A stretch of 64,000 nt of DNA from Octopus sinensis (GCF_006345805.1 NC_042998.1:496001-560000), one strand, 5' to 3'. Positions 35,983-49,049 are shown, numbered from the stretch's first letter. A program made the numbers and translations. The notes: generated from the sequence alone by a model not told the origin.

Positions 35983-36482
35983 TATATGTGTGTATATACA
36001 TACATATACGTATATACACACACATTGGTTTTTCAAGAATATTGACATTCTAATACATACTTACATAACATCATCATCAATATTTATGATGATGATAATA
36101 TATATATGTACACACTCACAGATATGTACGTATGCATGTACGTACATTCGTATAGCTAGACAAATAGATATGTGGGTTTTATTTCTATATGAATTCATTA
36201 ATAAATACCTGCACTAGATAAGTGTCTGCTTCATAGAGTGGTAGCATCGCTTTTTCAGCAGACAAGTTATTATTAAGCACAAGTTCAATGTCAGGCTGAA
36301 CAGCTGTTGACTTAAATAATAATGTGACTGGGTGTTGCAATTATAGGATGCAACCATATTTAGCATGGGGGTAGGAGGTTGGAAATAAACAACCACTAGA
36401 CTCACTGATACAGGATTAGATTAGCATTCAGTACAATATTGTTCAGAAAATTCACCATGATGTAGGCATCAAATATACTTAG

Positions 36483-36525
<43 letters not shown>

Positions 36526-37134
36526 ATATATATATATATGTATGTATGTATGTATGTATACAGATGCAGTTGTGTGTCATAACTGATGAGAACAAATAAG
36601 TGTGTTCTGAACGAAATCTAATTATGGATAATGCTTTCTTTTTCTTATTAACATAAATTTATACATAGAAGATACACATCAAAAACATGTATGTGCATAC
36701 AAAGACAGACACATCTATTCAAACACCATCCCCACCACTTCCACCACTGCAACCACTATTACCATCACCATCACCACTGCTGTTTAAATGTACACTTTTC
36801 CTTGCTTGTACTTTTCCTTGCTTGCATGGAATAGTCAAAATTCATTGAGGCAGATTTTCTGCAGATAGCCTCATGATGAGGTCCTGTTGCCAACACCTGA
36901 CTGTTTCCAAGAAAGGTGATATTTTCCATTGTTAACACAAGCAGCTCAATGCTTGGTGCTTCATGGAAATTTTCAAACAAATGACACTGTTTTTGTATGA
37001 ATATTAACTTACAGACAGCATGCAATGTGAAGACAAAATGGTACAAGCTCACAAACACTCACATAATCATACAAATACACACATTAAGAGGTGACAGATT
37101 TTGTTCAGTTTCCATCTACCAGATTCTTTTCTAC

Positions 37135-37810
37135 TCTAGTACAAGGCCTGAAATTTGGAAGGAGGGGACCAGTCGATTAGATTGACCCCAGTACTCAATT
37201 GGTATTTAATTTATTAACCCTGAAAAGATGAAAGGCAAAGTCGACCTCGGCGGAATTTGAACTCAAAATGTAAAGACAGACTGCTAAACATTTCGCCCGG
37301 CACGCTAACATTTCTGCTAGCTTGCCGCCTTTCCATCCAGATTCACTTAAGGGTTTACATGAAATCTCTTTTACAAGACAGCCACTTGGCATTCAATCCC
37401 ATGACCTTCACATTTAATTTTCAAATATAATACATTCAGGACAACCTTTCACAATGTGTAATTAGTAGTAAAGAGTAGAGACCTACTTTGGTCGTGAATG
37501 ACCATGGGATTGCACCTAGAAAGTTACCCTCTGTGGCACAAGTCCAGGCAAAGTTGTTTATGGAAGACCAGCATTCACCCATGCATACCAGCCTCTCCTC
37601 TCCACGTCACCGATGTTATCCAATGGAAAGGTAAAGAGGCCGATACAGATTGGCACTAGTGACATCACAACTAATTTCTACAGCTGAGTGAACTGGAGCA
37701 ATGTGAAATAATGTGTCTTGTTTAAGAACACAATAGACAGACTGGTCTGGGAATTGAACTCACAACCTAGTGATTGTGAGCCCAACACTCTAACCACTGA
37801 ATAACCACAA
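37135..37810 (-). mobile_element. SINE cluster: family 1 (37135-37330) and family 5 long-tail variant (37480-37810)
   Basis: Reverse complements of the 10802 and 49478 copies. Confidence 0.75.
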
Positions 37811-38204
37811 TTGAAGCAGCTAGTTTTCATCTTAAAAGCCAGCTGTTGTTGCCAGTCTGTTGCCATGTGCCAAATTCTTTGTTTACGTTTAGATTACTTC
37901 TGTTTAGAAGACCCTCAGGTGCCAGCAGTAACAATTGGGCCTCAAAGTCATTTCATATTGTTTACATTTCCAGTTTGGAAAAAGATTAAGCTTCTCTTTC
38001 CTTTTTCTTTGAAATAATTTGAGGTATGGTGCCAAGTCAAAAGAAATGGTAGGAAGGCAGCAGACAAAATCCGCAGCAGCATTTCATCATCTTGCTTTGT
38101 ATTTTTTTGAGTTGAAGCATTCCATGGGTACGTTTTACTTCCATACCCTCAAGGTATCAAAAAAACAGGTACCAGTAATATAATGAAATATAACATGATA
38201 CAGA

Positions 38205-38383
38205 TGTGGCAGTGTGATAAGAAGCTTGTTTCCTAAGCACATGGTTCTGGGTTCAGTTCCATGGTGTGACACCTTGGGCAAATGTCTTCTACTTTAGCCT
38301 CAGGCTGAGCAAAGCCTTGCTAGTGGATTTGGTAGGTGGAAACTGAAAGAAGCTTGCTGTGTGTGTGTGTGTGTGTTTGTATG

Positions 38384-38416
<33 letters not shown>

Positions 38417-38423
38417 TTGTATG

Positions 38424-38464
<41 letters not shown>

Positions 38465-38680
38465 CTGTGTGTGTTTGTCCTCCACCACTGCTTGATAACT
38501 AGTGTTGGTGTGTTCACATCCCCATAACATAATGGTCTGGCATAAGAGACCGATAGAATAAGGACTAAGCTTAAAAAAAAGAAGTCCTGGGGGGAATTTA
38601 GTTCACTAAAACTCTTCAAAGTTGTGCCCCAGCATGGCTGCAGTCCAATGACTGAAACCTGTGAAAGATAAAAGATAAGT
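38205..38680 (+). mobile_element. SINE family 2 with expanded internal microsatellite
   Basis: Colinear with 50188-50573. Confidence 0.8.
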
Positions 38681-38689
38681 AGAAAATGG

Positions 38690-39480
38690 ACGCACAATGG
38701 ATGCAGCAGTGAAAGAAGCTAAAGAAGGTTCCAGAATGGATACTCACAAAGCCTAAATGGATATTATGGACTTTGGACTGAAAGTCTCATGTATATTGGC
38801 AAGAGATGTAACTCAATGTTTAACAAGGCATAAATATGAGGAAGACAAAAAAGAACTGCCTTTTAATGTTCACAGATGTTTTCAAACTTGAAAGCAGAAC
38901 AGAAACATTGGATTCTTTGATACAGCTTGAAAGAATTTATTGCAGAAATATTTGGATGCAGTTTGGTATTGATAACTGTGTCATACTTTGAATAAGAAGG
39001 GAAAAGAGTAAAGGTTTATAGTGTCACCTTTCCAGAAAAACTAGGTAATTAAGTTACTGGAGCAGAAAGAAAATATAAAGCTTTGATGTGTTGAAAGATG
39101 AAAAGGTGAAATAGAAAGGAATGAAACATTAAGTTGGATAAGAATATAAAGAGCTAGCAAAATGGCAAGTGTTGGATACGTGGCCATGTAAATAAAAGTA
39201 TCAGCAATATTATATACATCATTGGCACAAAAAAATATTAAACAATTGGTAAAGTGGGGCTGAGGTAAGAGATGCATTGGAAAGTTAGTAGGAAATTTGC
39301 AATCATTCAGAACAGACAGAAAATATGATCACCAACCAGAAGGTATTATTGGAGAAAAAAAAAAAACACTATAACATTTCTAGTATCACCAAGAAGAAGT
39401 TAATACAAGGAAGATAATCGTTTCTTCATAATATTTGGTGGAATTAGAAGTTTCAATTTGAAATTAAAGAATAAGAAAGA
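38690..39480 (+). pseudogene. Decayed RT of an RLE-type (R4/NeSL-like) non-LTR element
   Basis: The frame fragment RNIWMQFGIDNCVIL*IRREK resembles DIGMEFGxDKCAxLxIKRGK of R4-like RTs; many stops. Confidence 0.4.
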
Positions 39481-39739
39481 AGATGCATAGAATACACATA
39501 TTTAATTTTTGTTGTTGTTTACTTATTACAATGTTCTTAAAACTTCCAGTCTGAGGTAACCATATATGGCACCATTTCATTCTGAAAATATTAATTAAAC
39601 ATTTTCTAAATGAAATGACGCTAGACATTTTTTTATAGACAGAAAACAGTTACAGCTTGGAAGAAATTCATAGAATGCATCACCATCACCACCTTCTTCT
39701 TCTTCTTCTCCTCCACCTCCTTCTTCTAGTGATGCAAAT

Positions 39740-39880
39740 TGTCAATTTATATTAATGCCATGACACAGAGACAGTCGAGTGTGAGCCACCATGGTTCGTG
39801 ATGCTGTCTGGACCAGAGAAGAAGCCGGCTCAACCCACCCTGGGTGAATGCCGTCACAAGTACAAGAAAGTAAGTACATG
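39740..39880 (+). mobile_element. 3'-terminal fragment of another RTE family
   Basis: ATMVRDAVWTREEAGSTHPG* followed by ATGCCGTCACAAGTACAAGAAAGTAAG, resembling RTE ends of the form ...AGSTRPG* with a CAAGTA-repeat tail. Confidence 0.55.
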
Positions 39881-40306
39881 ACAGAGAAATTTAGCAGTTG
39901 GGACAAGAGTCTTCTATCACTGCCTCACGTTGAGCAAAGATGGAAACTAAGCAATGTATTTATGTAGAAGGAGGAGCAGGCTTCTCACCTCTTTTGCCCA
40001 GCTGACTTCTCCACAGTGAATATCTATTAATTCATGTACATAAGATAGTTTCAGCATAAATTTCCATGAATATATCAGTATGCAGGTTTATTTTGTATTT
40101 TATATGGGAACAAAAGCAACATTGATTATAGGTTTCCAATGTGGGGGTGAAGGGGTCAATCACTGATTCCTAGTGTTTCTGGTAACAAAAATGACAATGG
40201 AGCATCTGTGCAATTGGGATGCATTAAATACCACAAGTTACTTTCTAGTTTGCATGTCCTGTTTTATAAGTTTTCTGGCAACTGTATCACAACACTATGC
40301 ATTTAT

Positions 40307-40355
<49 letters not shown>

Positions 40356-40550
40356 CCATGGGATTCTACAGAGTTTTCTGTCAGCCATATTCCACATACC
40401 AGTCATTGAACCACTTAAGTTTATTGTAGACTAGCAGTATAACCTGGCTTTGCCCGGGATTAAGTTAGGATTATTAAGCTAATCAAGTTCTTTATTCCAA
40501 ACCAAACTAAGTAACAAAATCCGTTGAAATTGGTTTATATATATATATAT

Positions 40551-41588
40551 TTTTCCTCCTCTTCTTCTTCATATGCTAAAACTTGAAAACCGCCATTACT
40601 ATTACTATTACGATTCTGCAATTTAAATTCCCAGTTCAACTACTTTCTTCTTCAATTTCAACTCCCGCTCGATGACCGCAGCAAGTTCTTAAAAAATTTA
40701 TCTTACTATATTTTTTATTCGTTGTTAATACGTTTATTCATACACTGTTACGAAAATTTAACCTTTTTTAAGATACTTTCAAGCCTTCGCCATAACTTGA
40801 TTTATCTTCCTATCTCTCTCTCTACAATATTTAACCGCAGGCTGCCTCAAGCCGTAATCCCATCTTTTTCCCATCTTTCAGTCATTGGCGGTCTTCTTTT
40901 TCCTCCTCTTCTTCTTCATATGCTAAAACTTGAAAACCGCCATTACTATTACTATTACGATTCTGCAATTTAAATTCCCAGTTCAACTACTTTCTTCTTC
41001 AATTTCAACTCCCGCTCGATGACCGCAGCAAGTTCTTAAAAAAAAAATTTATCTTACTATATTTTTTATTCGTTGTTAATACGTTTATTCATACACTGTT
41101 ACGAAAATTTAACCTTTTTTAAGATACTTTCAAGCCTTCGCCATAACTTGATTTATCTTCCTATCTCTCTCTCTACAATATTTAACCGCAGGCTGCCTCA
41201 AGCCGTAATCCCATCTTTTTCCCATCTTTCAGTCATTGGCGGTCTTCTTTTTCCTCCTCTTCTTCTTCATATGCTAAAACTTGAAAACCGCCATTACTAT
41301 TACTATTACGATTCTGCAATTTAAATTCCCAGTTCAACTACTTTCTTCTTCAATTTCAACTCCCGCTCGATGACCGCAGCAAGTTCTTAAAAAATTTATC
41401 TTACTATATTTTTTATTCGTTGTTAATACGTTTATTCATACACTGTTACGAAAATTTAACCTTTTTAAGATACTTTCAAGCCTTCGCCATAACTTGATTT
41501 ATCTTCCTATCTCTCTCTCTACAATATTTAACCGCAGGCTGCCTCAAGCCGTAATCCCATCTTTTTCCCATCTTTCAGTCATTGGCGG
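40551..41588. repeat. Three near-identical ~350-bp tandem units
   Basis: ATATGCTAAAACTTG at 40571, 40919 and 41270; the units differ mainly in an A-run. The duplicated ORFs at 40722 and 41073 come from this array. Confidence 0.95.
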
Positions 41589-42009
41589 TGCGCCCGCCCC
41601 CCCCCCCCCCACCACCAGTACCGTTGAACACTGTTCTCACCCCACCACCATACCGTTGAACACTGTTCTCACCCCCCCCACCACCAATACCAGTATACCC
41701 CGTTCTCTCTATCTACACCGGATACACCTTACTCATCTACACTGGGTACGCCCTACTCCCTCCTCCTCCTCCCACTACCACTTCTCCTCATATGCTTAAG
41801 ACAAGCTGCTAGCGCCATAGCTCATCAACTGCCCACCGATCTTACGCTTCCTCCTGACACTGCCTCAATCCGACCATCCCCTTTTAGTACCCTCCCGCCT
41901 CGTCACCTACCCATTCTAAGTACCCCCCTACCCATTCTAAGTACCCCGGATCCCCAAAGTACCCCGGATCCCCAAAATACCCCAATCCCCAAAGTACCCC
42001 GGACCTCGT

Positions 42010-42278
42010 TGCCCCCGTGCCGCTGACACGTTAAAATGCTCGAATCCGATCGTGACGATGCCGGACCCTCCGGCCCCTGTGCAGGTGGCACGTAAAAAGC
42101 ACCCAATCCACTCACGGAGTGGTTGGCGTTAGGAAGGGCATCCAGCCGTAGAAACTCTGCCAGATTCAGACTGGAGCCTGGAGCGGCCCCTGGCTTCCCA
42201 GACCCGGTCAAACCGTCCAACCCGTGCTAGCGCGGAAAGCGGACGTTAAACGATGATGATGATGATGATGATGATGAT
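42010..42278 (+). mobile_element. RTE 3' tail, CpG-rich subfamily
   Basis: GGTGGCACGTAAAAAGCACCC...GCGGAAAGCGGACGTTAAAC(GAT)n. Confidence 0.85.
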
Positions 42279-43029
42279 ATATATATATATATATGGCAAC
42301 ACACATGCACATGTACGTACGTACACCTATTGCATACATGTTTTTTGTACGCATACATGTTCGTGTGTGTGTTGCCCATATATCAACAAAACACTTATTT
42401 CCTCGATGGAAAAAAAAACACCAAAAATCTTAACAAAAACTTACTCATTGCTAGAAGGGGACTTAACTCCAGTTTGCAAACAATGGTGATTTCTCCGACT
42501 TGAAAATTGTTAAAAGTTTTGGTTGGAAATTTATTTTTACTACTATTCAATGGTGCCTCTGGGAAAAATAAGCAGACAACAATACAGCTAGGGTCATAAT
42601 GAATGTTCTCCTAAAATTGGAGCGACATGTGTGCTAATTTGTGGATGCGCATAAATTACATTCATGTACACACACACACACACATCCAGCCTTTTATATA
42701 TAGAGCTTACACATGGCCAAAGGGTTGTACAGAGAATTGAACCTCAGATCAAGTAGTTGCAAAAGCAAAACCAAACATATAAACCACACAGCCACTTCTG
42801 TTACCATGTGTACTCATATGTATAGGTTCTATATTTATGGTTATGCCACAATGCAAAGGATTGTGTAGTTGTGAAAAGCTAAGGGGTTGCAAGTATATAT
42901 TATGTGTATATGTGTATCCATCTGGGTATTAACAAGGATATGATATGTGTGTCCACCCAGTCTGTCAGGATATGACGTAAATTGATAGTACTGACTTTTG
43001 CAATACTAATAATGAAGATGATGAGGATA

Positions 43030-43155
43030 ATGGTATCATTATTATTATTATTATCATTATTATTATTATTATCATTATTATTATTATTATTATTATTATT
43101 AGTAGTAGTAGTAGTAGTAACATGAACAACAGCAGCAACAACAATAATAATAAGG
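43030..43155. repeat. (ATT)n/(AGT)n/(AAC)n microsatellite
   Basis: Direct reading. Confidence 0.95.
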
Positions 43156-43541
43156 GCAATCATTTTAATACATCAGCTATTCTTTTCATTCATAGTTTAC
43201 ATGAATTAGCCCTTTGTTTAAAATGAAAAAAAAAAGAATAATAAAAGAAAGGAAATAAGAGAACAGTTACATAACAAGAAGATTATATCCATAGGATGTT
43301 AGCTGAAAAGTCTATTCAGTCTGTTACATTGGCTAACTAAACAGGAATCAACAATAGATGTAGATAAGACTCGGTAATCAGGGCTTCATTTTACATGTGT
43401 GTATGTTTGCATGTGCTCACATATGTCTTATAACAACCAATCAAATCAAATCAAATTCAGATTTTACACATTCCATATAATAGACAAATGAAAGCCATCA
43501 GTTTGCGAGGCAAACACTTTAAGCACTGACATCCATTAATC

Positions 43542-43785
43542 CAGTGGTACCCAGCTATTTTCTGTACCAAAGACTGGTTTTATGCGAGACAATTTTTCCA
43601 TGGATTGGGGGGTTATGTGCATAACAAAACACAATAAAGTGAATAATACATGATTTAATTATTTCACATATAATATATATAATGCCAAAACACCCAGCAG
43701 ATTGTGATAGTCAATAGAATACAAATGAATAAAGAATTTATTCTTTCTGTGCAGCCCAGGTATGAAATGATTCCCGATCCTGTAC
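43542..43785 (+). mobile_element. hAT/Charlie-like MITE lacking its right end
   Basis: CAGTGGTACCCAGC...GAGACAATTTTTCCATGGA...TTCTTTCTGTGCAGCCCAGGTA resembles Charlie/MER-type MITEs. Confidence 0.55.
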
Positions 43786-44158
43786 TTGCCTCCATCCCTT
43801 TGCCTGGCCTCCATCCCCTTGCCTGGCCTCCATTCCTTTGCCTGGCCTCCATCCCTTTGCCTGGCCTCCATCCCTTTGCCTGGCCTCCATCCCTTTGCCT
43901 GGCCTCCAACCCCTTGCCTGGCCTCCAACCCTTTGCCTGGCCTCCATCCCTTTGCCTGGCCTCCATCCCTTTGCCTGGCCTCCAACCTTTGCCTGGCCTC
44001 CATCCCTTTGCCTGGCCTCCATCCCTTTGCCTGGCCTCCATCCTTTTGCCTGGCCTCCATCCCTTTGCCTGGCCTCCATCCCTTTGCCTGGCCTCCAACC
44101 CTTTGCCTGGCCTCCATCCCTTTGCCTGGCCTCCATCCCTTTGCCTGGCCTCCATCCC
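43786..44158. repeat. 19-bp minisatellite (TTGCCTGGCCTCCATCCCT)n, ~20 units
   Basis: Direct reading. The unit has no stop codon on either strand, which explains six overlapping ORFs. Confidence 0.97.
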
Positions 44159-44389
44159 ATGCTTCAATTAACAGCTCACTTTTAAGCTGTGTCCTTTCAT
44201 TTCTCTTTTCTGTAATTTGAAATGGTTTCTGTTCTGGTTAGCTCAGTGCAAAATGATCAGACTTGTATCCTCTAAAGGCCTTTGCTTAGTTCTTCAACCA
44301 AAACACTTTGCCCAGTTTTTCCAGTTCAAACTGGTATCTCCTTACAGTATTTTTTATACTGTAGATTTTGTGAACAATAATACCCTTAA

Positions 44390-44601
44390 CGCTTCAACAT
44401 TTAAACAGACCACATCTGGCCCAAATATTCTTCATCTTTTACGTTAAAACTGGCCACACACACACCTACCCAACATTGTCATTCTAAACATAAATAGTTC
44501 CATCAATAAAATCTGAAAGCTACCAGATAATGCACAAATAATTCAAGATAATGTAAATATATAAGCAATACATTTGACAGAGTAATCTAAATGCTAAAGG
44601 G
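44390..44601. mobile_element. piggyBac-like MITE-B, uninterrupted copy
   Basis: TTAA at 44386-44389 and 44602-44605; right terminus AATGCTAAAGGG; colinear with the pieces at 22949-23141 and 27038-27094. Confidence 0.7.
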
Positions 44602-44900
44602 TTAATTATAAGCTTTCATCAGGTGAACAATTCCGACAAAATAAATGTATTTTCTAGTATAAAAATCTAATTTTTCAGAACAAAATTTACAGTAAAAAAA
44701 AAAAAGAATAGGTCAACTTATACACCAAAACAACTTTGGAGGACCAAAAATAACAGGTGAAATGCAGCAGAATTTGGAGAGTTAGTGATGATGCTTGATT
44801 GTTTAAACTATAGACTGTGTCAAATTGTATGCTGGAAAATTCACATCATATCACATGGTATCTTTTCAAATTTACTGCTTTATTATTACATATTTGCCAG

Positions 44901-44979
44901 GGTGGGAGCATTTCTAGTAAAAAGTCTTGATCCAAAGCTGAAATTTAGTAATCACACTGATTACTTCATTTATTTACAG
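44901..44979 (+). CDS. Host gene exon C ((R)VGAFLVKSLDPKLKFSNHTDYFIYLQ)
   Basis: Acceptor TTACATATTTGCCAG, donor CAG|GTAATT, open, phase 2->0, joining exon B in frame. Confidence 0.7.
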
Positions 44980-45498
44980 GTAATTAAGTTAATTAATTTC
45001 ATTCATTTTCAGTGATAACATGAATTAGACAAATACATATCATTAGTTTCAAATTTTAGCACAAGGCCAGCAATTTCAAGGGAGAAGAGCAAGCCAATTA
45101 CATCAACCCCAGTGCTCAACTAGTACTTATTTTATTAACTCCAACAGGATGAAAGGCAAAGTTGACCTCAGCAGAATTTGAACTCAGAACGTAAAGATGG
45201 ACAAAATGCTGCTAAGCATATTGCCCAATATATCAATGATTCTACCGGCTTGCTGCTTTGCAAATACATATTATTGAGGATAATTTTATGGATGGATATT
45301 CTCCCAAACACTATTTTCATGTAGGGAAGGTTTCTATTTCTCTTGCCTTTCAAAGCACACAGCTGCTACATGATTTGTTAATGGGAATGTGTGAGCGAAG
45401 GACAGTATCCACAGCTCAGCCCACAGCAAAATATAAGTATTCACACAGTTACAAACGCACACTACACATATATACATAGGCATACACACACACACATG

Positions 45499-45538
<40 letters not shown>

Positions 45539-45735
45539 AAGAAAGAAAGAGAGAAGTTAATGCAGAATCTGGGTGAGATTGAACCCTGCCCAAGATCTTC
45601 AATGTGGTTGGCTGCATATGTGCCTACCCACAGGACCACCAAGAAGATAGAGAGAAAAAGAGAGGGAGCTATACATACATATATTCATACATGCTTACAT
45701 GTTCATACATACAAACACACATTTATATATATATA

Positions 45736-45795
<60 letters not shown>

Positions 45796-46269
45796 TATAC
45801 ACGCATATTTGGATATGCATATCTATACATATAAATGCATAAATATATATACATTTTCATATACATAGATTTACATACCCACACATACATATATATACAT
45901 GCATCTATATACAAATATTTGTATAAACACACATTTACATGTACATCTACACACACACACACACGCATGCATGCATGTACACACATGAACACATACACAA
46001 ACATATTTCTTTTTCTAATTTGTTTTACAAGACTTTTGATCTGAAAGCACATGCTGAAACCTGTACGGTTGAACTTAGGGAGTGTCACAGTTGCCATAGA
46101 AACACATATATTGGCAGAAGTGCACCTCACTCCCAGCACCACTGCAGTCTAACATCTCAGAAATCCCTCACTACATCCCTGGGAAACCCATGCACATCAC
46201 ACCATCAACCAGCACCCATATGTTGTTGGGTTGTTGTTTTGTTTTTGGTACATCTTTTTATTTTTTTTT

Positions 46270-46905
46270 ACTTATGTCAGTCTTTGGAGTGTGGCCATAC
46301 TGGAGCACTGTCTTGAAGGGTTAGGCTGAAGAAATCAACCTCAGTAATTCTTTGTATTTTTATGCCAGGGACTCATTCTATTAGTTTCTTTTGCCACAAT
46401 TCTAGCTTACGTAGACATAAACAAACTGACTCTGGTTGCCAAGTGGTAGTGGGAGGGGCACACACACACACACACACGATGGACTTCTTTCAGCTTCCGT
46501 CTACCAAATCCACTCATAAGTATTTGGTCAGCCCCGAGCTATTGTAGAAGACACTTGCCCAAGGGTTCACACAGTAGGATGGAACCCAAAGCCATATGGT
46601 TACAGAGAAAATTCTAGCCACACAGCTATGCCTATACCGCCATACTTTTATTTTTTTTAGTTTCATTTCCTTGTTTTTGCTCTTGCAAATGAAAACATAA
46701 GTATCCTTTCTACTGGAAACACAAGGCTTCAAATTTGGAGAAGTCAATTACATCAACCCCAGTGCATAACTGGTACTAATTTTATCGACCCTGAAAGGAT
46801 GAAAGGCAAAGTTGACCTTGGAAGGATTTGAACTCAGAACTTAACGATAGACAAAATACTGCTAAGCATTTCACCCGGTGTGCTAACAATTCTGCCAGCT
46901 CACCG
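46270..46905 (-). mobile_element. SINE family 2 (46270-46640) and family 1 (46700-46905)
   Basis: Colinear with the other copies. Confidence 0.75.
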
Positions 46906-47539
46906 CAAACAAGAATACACATACACACAGACAGAATGAAGATCAACAACACAACATAGAATATCAGCTGGAGAAATAGGAATCACCAAAGAGGTCACAT
47001 TAGTGCAATATTAAAATCCTGATAAATCAGTAGCTACAAAACCAGAATTGGAGCAGATATCAAGAGAATGTGCTTACTGGTAGAATATTTCTATCAAAGT
47101 ACAACAATATATTGACAAGGAACGTGTCTTGTGAGTTCTTGGTGACTTCACTAGTGCTGGTGCCACATGGAAAGCACCCAGTATATACTCTGTAAAGTAG
47201 TTGGCATCAGAAAGGGCATTCAGTCATAGAAATCATGCCAGAATAGAAAATGAATGGTAAACAATGATTATGATAGCAACAATGATATATATATATATAT
47301 ATTACATGTGTGTGTGTGTGTATACACAAAATTAATATAAACAGCAGGTTGCAATATTTCACCAAAAAGGAGAACTATAATTGTTACTAAATGTGACTAA
47401 GGTGTTAAAAAACACTTACATTGCTAGAAATAACAGCTAAAAAGCTCTAATACTTAGATAACGCTCATGAATGGAAACATATACACTAACAAGGACCACA
47501 TATATATGTGTGTGTGTATGTGTGTATATATATATATGT

Positions 47540-48090
47540 CAGGTCACTTTCGAGTGCTACCGGTAACATGTAACCCAGTACAACCTGTTGCATGGTTGGG
47601 TCGTCGGCGACTAAACCGGCAACCCCACCAAGCTTGCTTGGTGAGGAGGGTATTTATTGGACACCCTGCAGGATGAAAAACAAAACCCGTCAAAGGGCGG
47701 AGGAACTCTTGAGAGTCAACGGCCATCCAATAAATGTCTTAAGGCTGTATCATGCGCGGGGACATAGAAATAATCGGACTGAATACCCGATCGCGCGGTT
47801 AAACCATTGGGAGTGAAGGACTCCTAGCCTTTGTTAGGGCATCCTTCTAGGAGAAGGTAACTCAGGTAACTGGGATAACTCCGACATAAAACCTGCGGCT
47901 CAGTGGTTACCGATGATGTTGACTTGTTCTTCTTTTTGGATTATGGTTGCTGTTGATTAGTGAGTGGGATTGACTCAGTGCACAGCCTTTCCTCACTTTA
48001 TAAAAAATCTTCTTGCACAGGCATTGCACGATAACAACATTGATTAAGCTTCATGCAATGGCCATACTCGATAACGAGGGGGCAGCCACC
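47540..48090 (+). mobile_element. 550-bp CpG-rich insertion resembling an RTE-type 5'UTR or a bipartite non-autonomous element
   Basis: Sharp compositional boundaries inside a TA/TATG microsatellite. CTAGGAGAAGGTAACTC resembles the CTAGGAGAAGGAAAACTC motif of RTE 5'UTRs. Several GC hairpins; no ORF of note. Confidence 0.45.
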
Positions 48091-48394
48091 ATGTATGTAT
48101 GTATGCACACACACACAAATATACATATGTATATGTAAGATGCCTTATTCTTTGTTCGGTTTTTAGCCACTGGGGTGTGGTCATACTGGGGCACTGCCTT
48201 GAAGGGTTAAGTCAACCAAAGTGACCTTAGTACATATTTCAAGTCTGGTATTTATTTAATGGTTTCTGTTTATTGAACTGCTAAGTATCAGGGACACAGA
48301 GAGGCCAATACCATTTCTCAAGTGATAAAAAGACAAATAAAGATGCACATACACACATATGTATACATACATATACATACATATGTGTATATAT

Positions 48395-48438
<44 letters not shown>

Positions 48439-49006
48439 CATACACATAGATACACACACACACAACGGGCTTCCACATAGCTTCCATTGATGGAATTAGC
48501 TCACAATGCATTACCTGATTAGGGCCAATGAGAGAAGACATTGATAATGGATTTACACTAAAAACTATGTGGTTGCAAAGTGGACGTTTTCAACTACAAA
48601 ACTGTTTGTGACTATACTTATAAATACAACCCCCTCCCCTACACACATACCTTTATATGTTTGAACTTGGACTTCGATGGATGACACTAAATACCATAAA
48701 GTACTTAGTATAACACTGCTGTCCCAGACATATTAACCACCCTTGCTACAGCAACAAATTTGTGTGTGTATTTGTGTGTATGTGTGTGTGGTGGGGGTAT
48801 CTTACAAAGAGGTCTGGAAATAATTAAATCTTTGGCTACTGGCTAAAATATCTAAATACTGGCTTAAGAGTTTTGCTAATCGCATGTACGCACACGCCCA
48901 CACATATTAAATACATAGTGCATAAACATCAAAGCAATATATAAATTAATATGTATGTGTGATGTGTGTGTGTGTCCATATAAGAGCAAGAAAGGCCAAC
49001 TTACAT

Positions 49007-49049
<43 letters not shown>

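Larger units (their letters stand above)
40431..42704 (-). mobile_element. Putative 2.3-kb non-autonomous Helitron with cargo
   Basis: The left end A|CTAGCAGTATAACCTGGCTTTGCCCGGG matches the 4735 Helitron 3' end. The right end ...CCTTTTATATATAGA matches the Helitron 5' TC end, although the flanking base is C rather than A. That both ends belong to one element is an inference. Confidence 0.55.

Noticed and set aside
36583-36625. CTGATGA-GAACA...TGTTC-TGAACGAAA hammerhead-like string
   Set aside because: GAAA does not follow stem II directly, and no stem I or stem III partners were found.
39769-39869. Exon-like segment ETVECEPPWFVMLSGPEKKPAQPTLGECRHKYKK with a strong GTAAGT donor and a GCCACCATGG Kozak-like site
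   Set aside because: The acceptor lacks a pyrimidine tract and phase 1->0 is incompatible with exons B and C. Another frame gives MVRDAVWTREEAGSTHPG* plus a CAAGTA-type tail, resembling an RTE 3' end. It could at most be a cryptic poison exon.
40722-41799. Duplicated 83-aa ORFs (MLIRLFIHCYENL...)
   Set aside because: They arise from the 350-bp tandem unit, start at TTG and show no recognisable domain.
43659-44220. Six overlapping 115-167 aa ORFs (GWRPGKGMEARQ repeats)
   Set aside because: Artefact of a stop-free 19-bp minisatellite.
46032-46316. Open frame TFDLKAHAETCTVELRECHSCH after a pyrimidine tract, phase-compatible with exon C
   Set aside because: AAG acceptor and no convincing donor; left unresolved without RNA data.
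46930-47115. Possible decayed RLE-domain remnant, with a similar hint at 60740-60900
   Set aside because: The similarity to the R4-like C-terminus is too weak to call by eye.
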